Of a stretch of DNA of 31,859 nt, positions 11,231 to 21,367 are shown piece by piece. The notes below the pieces were generated by a model, which worked only from the letters and a program-made list of their open reading frames with translations, did no database searches and was not told where the DNA came from. The position numbers were made by a program, and so were the translations under genes. Origin of the DNA: Octopus sinensis. Taxonomy: Eukaryota. Within the stretch, counting starts at the first letter, position 1. Each line of letters begins with the position of its first letter. The stretch is taken from positions 1 through 31,859 of the forward strand of contig NW_021832196.1 of NCBI RefSeq assembly GCF_006345805.1, given 5' to 3'.

Positions 11231-12374
11231 CAACATACAGGCTCCCAAAACGAGAATAATACATGTGCGTATTGATATACATAAGAATGTACGAACATTT
11301 GTGCACCTGTATGTGTGTGTGCGTGTGTGTGTGAGTGTGTAAGTGTATGTATGTATGTTGTTAATTTGTTTTATTTCTATATTCCTTGCCTATGGAGAAA
11401 GAGCCGGTTTCTAACCTAGATATAAGGCTCCTTCACGGAAATTTCAACATCAACCAGGTTATTGAGCATGTCTGTTTTTATATGAGCAATTATTTGAAGT
11501 CAGTGCATGTGATGGATACGTTAAGTATGTATATATGTGTGTATGTATGTATGTATGTATGTATGTATGTATGTATGTATGTACGAATGTATGTATGTAT
11601 GTATGTATGTATGTATAGGCATTGCTAGGCCGAATGTTCAAGACGATGGTTTTGCAATCACTAGGTCCCGCGTTCAATCCCATTGTGTACGTAGCTTCAT
11701 GTGACACAAGTTTTGTGGGTAAAATTGTGGAATCTACGTCCCACGCTGATTCTACTCGAGAATTGCATTCATAGTACACTTCCACGTGGATTATTCAGGG
11801 GCTTACACGTTAATTGAATAAAAAAAGTAGTTCAGTGGATCGTACACATTAACACACTTCCTCGAAACAGGTGGAACATTTCTCTCTGTATGCATGAGCT
11901 TATATGCATGTAAGAGTATAGATTAATAATTTGAATTCTTCCTTACAAAGAGGCAACTGGAAGACACAAAGCTCCGTCGCAGGAATTTAGATAGCAACAA
12001 TGAAAAGTTGCATGTAGAAACTTTGTTGCACATTTTATTGTTCCACTTACAGAATGTATATGACTTATGTGAATTTAGAATCTGGATAGAGAAAAAGTAG
12101 GTCTCAAAGTAGTTGTCCGTCAATATTCTCCTGTTTTCCGATTTTCAAAGAAATGTTCATATATGCAGATCAGCTGACCTCACTAACTGCGTACTCAGAC
12201 GATCGAACGCAGAGATATGGCGTGGTCTATCCATTTGGCACGATCTTTTTGGCGCCAACCTATTTGGCGACAGACATTTTGACGCTATAATATAATTTGT
12301 TTGATTAATTCATCATGATTCAAAGATGCAAATGTAAAGAAATAATATACGTAAAACAAAAAAACGTAATTTAC

Positions 12375-12408
<34 letters not shown>

Positions 12409-12663
12409 AAAAATGTAGGTTCATTTATTCATATACACCTGGTTGAGGGACGTATATATTTTGTTACGTTCTGACAGAACTAATTGTTGTAAATCGGTTG
12501 GATTAATGGGGGCGTTGATAACTGTATCACGCTTTCTACATATCATATTTCTCTAGGCAGACACATCAAGAATGGCGACGAGATAAGCTTGGGATATGTT
12601 TTGTCAAACTTTTAATAACTTACTACAGCCGGGGTCTAGGTTTGCTCTCTCTCTCTCTACAAG

Positions 12664-12666
<3 letters not shown>

Positions 12667-12708
<42 letters not shown>

Positions 12709-12843
12709 ATATATATGATATAAATACATACATACATACATATATATATAAATACATATATACATATATATATAAATACATATACACACACACATATATA
12801 TACATACATATATATACATATATATAAATACATATATACATAC

Positions 12844-12888
<45 letters not shown>

Positions 12889-13234
12889 CAATATATATAT
12901 ATAATATATATATATATATATCTATATATATACATATATATATATATAATACATATATATATATATACAATATATATATATATATATATATACATATTAT
13001 ATACATATATATATACATACATATATATAATATATATATATATACATATATATATATACTACATATATATATAATATATATATACATATATATATATACA
13101 TATATATATATACACATACATATATACATACATACATATATATATATATACATATACATACATATATATACATATATATATATACATACATATATATAAT
13201 ACATATATATATACATATATATATATACATTATA

Positions 13235-13276
<42 letters not shown>

Positions 13277-13420
13277 ACATACATACATACATATACATAT
13301 ATATGTATATATATATATTATATATATATATATATATACATACATACATATATATACATTATATATATATATATATATATATACTATATATATATATATT
13401 ATATATATATATATATATAT
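12667..13420. repeat. ~750-bp compound (TA)n/(TACA)n array
   Basis: Direct reading. Source of the 279-aa IY-repeat ORF. Confidence 0.97.
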
Positions 13421-13425
13421 GATAT

Positions 13426-13535
13426 GTAGAAAAATACAAACTGGGACAAGAACGCATAACACTTAGAAGACGATACAACAAACACAGACAGGACATTCGA
13501 AGCCCTCAGTCTTCAGTCAAGAACCGGATCATCGT
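13426..13535 (-). mobile_element. Short (TA)n-linked repeat end, possibly Penelope-like
   Basis: Minus strand CTTGACTGAAGACTGAGGGCTTCGAATGTCC...GTATCGTC...GTTCTTGTCCCAGTTTGTATT runs almost directly into the TA array. An inverted homologue lies at 30325-30489. The repeat is seen; the PLE class is inference. Confidence 0.5.
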
Positions 13536-13837
13536 AGTGCGCCAAAAGCTCCCCACAAATGGTTGCTTAACTATCCTGCCACTAACCTAGCTTTAGATTG
13601 CAGAATTGCTTAAGATGGATTTAGATGTTACCTATTGACAGGAACAGTAATCACCAAACGGGTTTCTGTAGCCGTTGAACCATTTGGTAATATCAACTTT
13701 TGTATTTAAAAATAGACGGAATGAAACCAGTTTTCTGCATAAAAATATTTTCTTTGTGCCAAAACGTCCGTCTTAAAAATGTCCTCATAGAATAGATTTT
13801 GCTCCCAAATGAGGCGACAAGGTGTACCAAATCTCTT

Positions 13838-14330
13838 CCGTTTGCTTTTGCTGGTTTCAGCCAAAATCTGCAGCCATGCCGGGGCACCGTCTTTAGTATA
13901 ACTGGTTTTGCAATTCACATTCACTTCCGAAATGTTGTTGGACAGAACTGCTCTCCTTTTTGCTTCCTGTCGCAATGTGGGTTCATCAAGTACATCAGAT
14001 AAAAATTTCTCTAAATGTTCTTTAAAAACATTCACATCTACACCTCGTAGATCTCTGAGGTTCTTCGGCAGAATGTTGAAAGGTTGTGGGCACTTGAAGC
14101 CTAAGCGGTTTGAATACTGGGTTCTTATTCTAGATGGAGAAGTCGGGATCTTTGGCACTATACAAAGGCGTCCGGTTCTGTAGTTTGTAAATGTTTCAAT
14201 TCTAAAGTTGGGAGCTAGACCTTCCAAGATATTCCATATATATGTACATCACTACATATCTTTCGCGTCTTCTCTCTTGGGAGTAGAAACTCAATTCTTT
14301 TCCCAGTTCACCCTCTATAACTACGTAGTT
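13838..14330 (-). mobile_element. 5'-truncated CR1-group LINE 3' end (frameshifted ORF2 C-terminus and 3' UTR)
   Basis: Minus translation LSFYSQERRRERYVVMYI / frameshift / WNILEGLAPNF...GRLC...FNILPKNLRDL...FKEHLEKFLSDVLDEP...RAVLSNN fits the CR1-type motifs LYSLERRR, LFNxLP and FKxxLDxFL. The 3' UTR ends GGTGCCCCGGCATGGCTGCAG...GCTGAAACCAGCAAAAG. Confidence 0.85.
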
Positions 14331-14589
14331 TGTTTATTTATCTTTTCTGCCCCAAACAACCATACCAGGCCTGTTATGTTTGCATTTGGCGGATGATTTT
14401 ATAGAGATGTTCCCCCAATATTTCTAATGTATGTATGTATGTATGTATGTATGTATGTTTAAAATAACAAGCGTATTTTTCTATATCTATCCTAGTGCAG
14501 TCTTTCCTACGGATGGCATTGTATATTGTTTTATAAGCAACATGCTGTATTGGAAAGGAGTAGTCTAATAATATTTTTAGGCAGCAGTT

Positions 14590-14725
14590 AAAATGTCGGT
14601 TATCTTTCACATAACCGGCATTTTCAGTGAAGCCCTTAAACCCCCAATAACATCTTCGGGGTTTCAGGACTTCACTGATTCGTTTGTTTATTAGATATTT
14701 TGAAACGATCTCTTAGATTTCAAAA
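14590..14725. other. Three abutting inverted repeats (hairpins)
   Basis: 14590-14624: 14-bp stem with one G-T pair and a 7-nt loop. 14624-14678: 21-bp stem with 2 mismatches and a 13-nt loop. 14698-14725: TTTTGAA/TTCAAAA plus inner ATCT/AGAT. Confidence refers to the inverted repeats, not to any function. Confidence 0.8.
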
Positions 14726-15141
14726 GCATAACCATCGAAAAGTAACGTATTGTAACGGTTAGAAGTTCAAACGAAGTTACATGTTAGTATCAGCCCCAAG
14801 TTTATGAGGGACATAGCCATGCATAACCTTCGTTGATATGCAGACTGTTTCTCCTTCAGGCGTTATTGAGGTAAACTGTCAGGCAGTTTGGAGTTCGTGT
14901 ATTGATGTGTATACATTCGTATAGATGTATGTGAGATGTGTATACGCATTTGTATATTTATGTGTATGTCTATATATATGTATACCTATATGAGTATGTA
15001 TATGTGTGTGCGTGCGTGCATGCTTGTATGGACGTGTGTATAAATCTCTTCATATACACGCATACACACACAATTATTCATATTAACATAAACACAAAAT
15101 ATCAGCTGATGGCATTCACGTAGTTTATTGGTGAGTTATTT

Positions 15142-15780
15142 ATTGTTAAGCCCGTATTCTACTCTGAGCTAACTTTTTCATAGTCATATCATTTCTAAGA
15201 CCATATTATATACAAAACTGTAGAGTGTAATTTGACTGTGACTTGACTGCTATTTGTAGCACATTAACTGACCACGTAACAGATATCTCTTTATCTCATC
15301 TCTTTATCTCATTGTCTTATACAGCTAAATGATGGAGTGTTCTTGTTTAGCTCCTGGTCCACTTCTAATCCAACAACCGTTTATCAAAAATCGTTCCAGC
15401 TGTGACTATCCTGCCTTTCTTAATATACTGTATAAGCAGAACTATATTGTTCAATGTATCCTCCTATACGGTAGAATGCGAACTGAGGGGGATTTTGCTG
15501 ATATTTCAAACAAGTCGATTTCGATGTGGAGGTTGCCTCTTCAAAGTGCCGGACTGGCTATTGTTAGACAAATTATTGATTAGAGTCTGACTGAAGTCTA
15601 ACTTTATATTCTGTTATGATTGATTGTACAACAGAGCTTATTGTTGTTTAGATCCAGTTCAGATCTGATCCAGGAAACAAATTATTAAAAGCGCTCTTCC
15701 CATCCCATACATTCTTCCTTTTTATGGAGAGATGTTACTGCTGTTTTTAGTAGGTCAATCAACCACATAAACTCCTTTCT
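15142..15780 (+). mobile_element. Three diverged copies of the headless ~200-bp repeat (about 15142-15290, 15345-15545, 15640-15780)
   Basis: Each starts TTGTT(T)A(A/G)... and contains a variant of GATTTGGCTGCTATTTCTAGCAGGTC. Confidence 0.5.
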
Positions 15781-17080
15781 CGTTGATATTACCAATCAGA
15801 GCTGTGTAATTATTTCTTAATGATATCTAGTGCTATAATAGTGAGGCGGAAACAGTTTTATGATAGTATGTTGTTAGTGTTACTGGTTGTAACACTGACG
15901 TATTTCAACATTGTACACTGGTATAATGGTATATTGATAGTATGCTGACTTTGTAACCAACAGTAACACACATCGTCTACTTTATATATTTATCTACAAT
16001 ATTCAATGGTATAGTGATACGACAAAAAGCGCTATGATGGTATGTTGATATGTCATCACATCTGGTAGTGCTATTGGACTTGACCGGATACAAAAAGCCA
16101 TGTCGCGGATTGACAAAGAACTCGCTTTCCAATATACTCCAAAAAGTCACAATAGTTTCTGCTCCTCGTAAATAACTACTTGTGTACAATTTCTACCCAA
16201 GTCCATCCTACACATCTGTATCCTTAGCCTTGTCACTCATTCTGTATGTTACCCAATCCTTCTCCCCAGAACGCGCCCACACGATCCTCAAGAGTTCCTT
16301 TGGTGCTTACATTTCCAGATATTGAGTTTTTTCTTTTTTTTTTTTTAGTTTTTGTCTGATCAAACTGAACATGAATCACTTTTGTCTAACCAATCATAGA
16401 GAAATCCCAATATCAAGGGTACAGACCCTTTTCCATGACTAACACCATTAAGGAAATAGTAACAAAGCTGTATAGGGTTTCTCTTCAATAGAAAGTGGTA
16501 TGATGTATATAGCAGCAGTTGATACTATTTGCAACAAACAACAGTACCTTTTTCGCTACCATTCACTGCAACATACTGCCTGAGCAGACACATGGACAAA
16601 GCAGTTCTACCATGCCTATCCCCCCCTTTTTTTTGTTTTGATCGAAGACTTAAAGTTAGATTTTTTTTTTTTACAATAGTAATATGTGGTCTGAGAGAGA
16701 TATTGCTGTTATTTCTAGAAAGTCAAGCTATCCAAATAGACATGTTCGATAATGTACAATGGTGTAAAACGCTTGAACACTTGTTGTCCTTAAACTACTT
16801 TGTTGAAATACCATTTGAGGATTGCCTTTTGGCAAGATATCTAAAGTGATGGAAAAACAGCCAACTTTAACTAGCATATACTTAAATAACTTCTGTACTT
16901 CACGAGTTGAATTTCCTTTACTTTGTTCTTCATTTACAACTTACAAATACAATGAGTATGTTTGTGTGTGTTTGTATGTTTTCAGATAAACAGATAATTA
17001 GAGAGAGAGAGAGAGATGTACGTACGTATGCATATATATGTGTGTGTGTGTATGATATATGTATGTGCGTATGTATCTCC

Positions 17081-17133
<53 letters not shown>

Positions 17134-17173
17134 TGTATATATATATATATATATGACAGACAGACAGATAGAT

Positions 17174-17239
<66 letters not shown>

Positions 17240-17284
17240 TAACTTGCATGTAGTTTAGCATATTATGTATATGTATACTATATC

Positions 17285-17430
17285 AGTTAAAACGTTTGCT
17301 TCGTATTCGATGGATCCTAGGTTCGATCGTACTATGTGCAGATTAGGTAAATGGCTTGTATTATGGCCTCGTGTCAAACCAGGTTTGCGAAAGAAATAAG
17401 ATAAATAGAAACTATGCAGAAGCTTGTAGG
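17285..17430 (+). mobile_element. Highly diverged SINE family B head
   Basis: TTTGCTTC...CCTAGGTTCGATC...ATTATGGCCTCG...AGAAACTATGCAGAAGC resembles 27427-27565. Confidence 0.4.
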
Positions 17431-17626
17431 ATGCACTTGACCAGTGTGACTTGCTTTGTCACATATTCTACTTGAGAATTAAATTGAAGCAGAATACTCC
17501 GTCATGTACACTGAAGAACAAGATGAATTAAAACAGCAAAGGACAAACATTATATCACACTGAATCTGCACGTGGATCGCTTTAAGGATAGAAATACTTG
17601 TGAAGTACTCAATAACTCTATAACAA

Positions 17627-17755
17627 ACGATGAACTGTAATTAAAAGGGTCAGTCAGCCGTGTCATACTCTATCACAGTGGTTCTCTCAAAGGGTTACAT
17701 TAAAGGTACCTGTGTTTGTGGGATACTCAGACACTTACACGATAATTCAGGGATA
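17627..17755 (+). mobile_element. SINE family X body fragment
   Basis: CAGCCGTGTCATACTCT...TTAAAGGTAC...TGTGGGATACTCAGACACTTACACGATAATT aligns to the reverse complement of about 262-385. Confidence 0.55.
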
Positions 17756-17852
17756 AGGAAGTGCAATTGTACCACGAAATTCATCATCGAAACCTACGGA
17801 GATTGATTTAACTTTACTTTTTACGTCTGTATAGTGTATTTCTATAGATCCA

Positions 17853-18262
17853 GATTAAACCCATGTTAGCTTTGGCGTAGCACACCTTTGACCAAAGGAA
17901 TTCAAAGTTGGTTCCAGACACAATGTGTCTAGGATTACATTACTCAGTATATCTTTCCTGTAATACAATAGGATATAACTTAAATGATATTCGGCTGTTA
18001 TTTCCAGCAGGTCGACTGACTATGTGAATGCTTACTCTTGGGCAAGTGTTATGCTATATATGTTGCTGTTATTGTTTAGTCTACAGTCAGTTGTAATAGA
18101 ACAGACCTCTTCTGATCAAAGGCATTCCAGCTTTAACTATCATGATGTTCATTTCAATGGATAGTGAACACCAGAATACAGCATCCAGTGTGTTTTTTAA
18201 GACGGTAGAGTGGAATTTGAAGGATATTTGTTTGTCATTTCTAGGACATCGAGCGAATTAGT
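17853..18262 (+). mobile_element. Two head-to-tail copies of the headless ~200-bp repeat
   Basis: GACCAAAGGAATTC...GATATTCGGCTGTTATTTCCAGCAGGTCGAC, then TTGTTTAG...GATCAAAGGCATTCCAGC...TAAGACGGTAGAGTGGAATTTGAAGGATATTTG...ATTTCTAGGACATCGAGCG. Confidence 0.6.
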
Positions 18263-18606
18263 GGTTTTCCCTTTGGCTAACTAAATATTATAGATTGCTA
18301 CCAATGACATCATCAGTCATCATCGTCACCATCATCACCATCATCATCCCCATCAAATTCCCTTAACTAATGCAGCTAGTCATTGTGGTGCCTCTCTAGG
18401 GGTGCTTTTGCAGTCAGCCCACCCCCACTGGTCTCTCTTCTTTTCATGCGTAACGGGGTCGCCGTATTGTAACCTGCCTTTTCGCCCTCTCTCAATTGTG
18501 TCCCGAAGGAAGGTTTTGGACAAGACGTTGCGACGGGATGTGTGACCGCACTACCCAATGTGCTCCGCTCGAGGCCAAGAAATTTCATTCTCAACAAGAT
18601 CACGTT

Positions 18607-19160
18607 CCACAATGAATTACAGTTTACCTAGCTCTAACCAGGCTCTACACTGAAACATAATCTACCTAGCTTTAAATAGGAACACAGTGGTGTATCTTCC
18701 CTAGTTGTAAATAGGTATTGCAGTGAAGTACAGTTTTACCTAGCTTTAATTAGGTATCAGATGGAAGTACAGTTCACCTATTTGTAGACACATGTCACTG
18801 AAGTATAGACCATCAAGCTGTAAGTAGGTATCACAATGTTGTACAGTCTATCTAGTTGCATGTTGGTTCTGCACCTGTTAAGTTGTAAGTTGGTGCCGCA
18901 ATGAGATACAATTCACCTAGCTGTAAGTATCACAGTGAGGCACAGTCCACTTAGATGAATTGGTCCCACAGATGAGTTGGTGTCACAATGAAGTGCAGCA
19001 CATCTAGCTGTAATTAACTCCCATATAATTTCCCACAGTTCATTTAACTGAAAGTACCACTATGGAGTATAGTCCAAATTGTAAACTACTTGTAGGTACT
19101 ATAATGAGGTACAGTTTATTTACCGTTAAGTACAATCCATCTGCGAAACTGTAAGTAGTT
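18607..19160. repeat. Degenerate ~38-bp tandem array 1
   Basis: ACCTAG-like anchors at 18626, 18664, 18699, 18738, 18776, 18812, 18850, 18915, 18949. Approximate consensus CACAATGAAGTACAGTCCACCTAGCTGTAAGTAGGTAT. Confidence 0.75.
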
Positions 19161-19290
19161 ACTTTATCAATCCAAGAAGGATGAAAAGCATCATTGACGT
19201 CAAGTTTTGAGCTCAGGGACAAAACTAAATAATGAAAGACATTTTATCCAGCACTCTACCGATTCTGTCATCCAGCATTTTAACACTAAC
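19155..19290 (-). mobile_element. SINE family A, diverged
   Basis: TACTTTATCAATCCAAGAAGGATGAAAAG...TTTGAGCTCAG...CATTTTATCCAGCACTCTACCGATTCTG is the reverse complement of the family A layout. Confidence 0.5.
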
Positions 19291-19861
19291 ATTTATTCCT
19301 TTATTTGCCACAAGGGTGGCAGTTGATGATACATTACAAGAACAAATTACAATGAAGAAAAAACATTACAGGTTCATCAGAATTGATTATGAGAAAATAG
19401 GCGTTAGATAACAGTATAAAAGATAACCAAATGAAAAAAAAATCCCAGTAAAGGAGTCTCCACAGATCCTGGATTATCATCGTTACTACCAAGAGTAACT
19501 GCCCTCGCCCAATGGTGTTTTCCAAACTAGAACCACATACTAAGAATAAACCCGTTCATTTAGTCCATGCTCATCCTTCTCTCTCACCTTCATACAAATT
19601 TACTGGAGGACAGCAACAGACAGAAGAATATTGCTTGCCCTACTCGACGAATAATAATGACGATGATTGTCTAAGATTAGCTCAAGACGACACAATTTCG
19701 GTTAGAGGTACAGTCGATCAGGTCAACGCAGTACTTAGTAAGTACTGTATTTTATCGACTCCAAAGGATCTAAGTGAATAAGAGAGCCATAAGGAAATGC
19801 AGTAAAGCATTTTGTCTATTACTACAAAGATCCTACTAATCCCTATTACTTATAATAGTAA

Positions 19862-20269
19862 TTGGTATAAAAGATGGGCTACAGCAAATATTCTGCTCAA
19901 TACCTCACAAATGCTTGTCAGTTATTTGACCTTAATCAGTTGAGCATATCCCTTAGTGGCTAGCAATATGTGCATCTCTCATCACGAGCAGAAGTAGTGG
20001 GGAGAGGGCATCATAGGCATGTGTTGAGAGGAATTCTTTGGATTTTGGATAATTCACATCTGGAAACATGGGTGTTTTGTCCAACACCCTTAAACAACCC
20101 TTATTCAGGGACCTTTGTTAATCTTGATATGAGATCACCATGTCGCGCACATATGGTCGTGATGATTGTGCCTGATGTACCATATCAGACGGGTAGTCAT
20201 GATGGGTATACTAGGCTTCGAATATTTTACCCCTGTGTCACTTTGATGGTACGCACTGCTCCCTCACTC
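19862..20269 (+). mobile_element. ~550-bp (AAT)n-bounded element, copy 3 (truncated, ~65-bp internal deletion)
   Basis: Inverted homologue of 9231-9787. Ends CTCCCTCACTC, then an (ACT)n(AAT)n tract that leads directly into the Dong/R4 fragment. Confidence 0.88.
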
Positions 20270-20313
20270 AATACTACTGCTGCTGCTACTACTACTACTA
20301 CTACTACTACTAC

Positions 20314-20344
<31 letters not shown>

Positions 20345-20345
<1 letters not shown>

Positions 20346-20808
20346 TGGCGGAATCAGAGACTAGCAAAATCCTCTGGGATTTCCCAATCCAAACAGATCA
20401 GGTGCTAGAGCATAACAGACCGGACCTAATGGTGGTGGATAAGATGTACCACATATGCTTATAGTTGATGTTTCACGCCCTTTTGACCAACGAATAGTCA
20501 AGAAGGTGAAAAAATAGATAAAAACAACCCACTTAAGTAAGAAATAGCCCGGCTATGGAAAATGAAGAAAGTGAAGATACAGCCAATTATTGTTGAGTCC
20601 TGAAGGCATCAAGGGGAATATAAAGTGGAAACTGCAACAGAGTGTCCAGTAGAACTGTTACTAAAGGTTTGCCTCCTTCGCACGACCAGCATAATCAAGA
20701 AAGTATTAGCTGAAAAGAAAGGATAGTATGGTACCGTAGGCTGCAGGTAACAAGCCCACTACGCATGCAAGACTTCAGGGGCACCAACAAAGCCAGTGAT
20801 AAAAAGAA
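20345..20808 (+). mobile_element. 5'-truncated R4/Dong-type non-LTR retrotransposon: restriction-like endonuclease domain, C-terminus and 3' UTR
   Basis: Translation across frameshifts: KILWDFPIQTDQVLEHNRPDLMVVDKMYHIC / IVDVSRPFDQRIVKK / IDKNNPLK*EIARLWKMKKVKIQPIIV / ELLLKVCLLRTTSIIKKVL. This carries the WDFxIQTD..RPD..D..K signature of R2-superfamily RLE domains, R4/Dong-like. (AAT)n lies on both sides. Confidence 0.9.
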
Positions 20809-20834
20809 ATAATAATAATAATAATAATAATAAT

Positions 20835-21032
20835 AGTTTCAAATTTTGGCACAAGGCCAACACTTTCGGGGAAGCGAGTAAGTCGATTACATTAACCTCA
20901 ATGTTCAACTTATTTTATCGACTTCGAAAAAGATGAAAGGCAGAATTCGAACTCAGAATATAAAGACGGACGAAATGCCGCTAAGCATTTTGCCCGGCAT
21001 TCTAATGATTCTGCCAGCTTGTTGCCTTAACA
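20835..21032 (-). mobile_element. SINE family A, near full length
   Basis: Reverse complement of the 5655-type layout: ACTTATTTTATCGAC...GATGAAAGGC...TTCGAACTCAG...GCTAAGCATTTTGCCCGGC...GATTCTGCCAGC. Flanked by (AAT)n and (AAC)n(AAT)n. Confidence 0.85.
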
Positions 21033-21067
21033 ACAACAACAACAACAACAATAATAATAATTAATAA

Positions 21068-21190
21068 TCGTTTCTGGCATAAGACCAGAAATTCATGGGA
21101 AGTGTTAACCGATTACATCGACCCTAGTACTTGACTAGCACTTTATTTTATCGACCTCGGTAAGATTAAAAGTCATAAGTCATCACCGGC
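21068..21190 (-). mobile_element. SINE family A, 3' part
   Basis: CGATTACATCGACCCTAGTACTTGACTAGCACTTTATTTTATCGACCTCGG. Confidence 0.65.
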
Positions 21191-21367
21191 AAGTTTAAAG
21201 AGACAAAATTATACTAATGAATGCATTTATATAGCTGAGCGCTGTTGTTTTATGCTGGCTAACACATCATAAGCAATTGATAGCCTCTTGGACTACAAAC
21301 TGAATTCATGAAGGTCAACAAATAGTATGTATAAGATAATGCACTTTAGCATGTGACTCAAGACGTG

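Noticed and set aside
12623-13462. 279-aa ORF and the many other IY-, CV-, HT-, MYVC- and poly-L/V/M ORFs in the track
   Set aside because: They are translations of di-, tri- and tetranucleotide repeats that lack stops by construction.
12230-13832. TTTGGC-rich patches at about 12230-12290 (+) and 13755-13832 (-) as inverted ends of a DNA element
   Set aside because: Similarity is limited to short motifs and I cannot align them convincingly by eye. A dot-plot would decide.
13706-14227. 173-aa ORF as a host gene
   Set aside because: It is the CR1 ORF2 C-terminus reading through the 3' UTR into flanking DNA. The upstream part is frameshifted.
19970-20464. 164-aa ORF ending in an endonuclease-like segment
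   Set aside because: Chance read-through from the non-coding 550-bp element across (ACT)n(AAT)n into the Dong fragment. It is not a gene.
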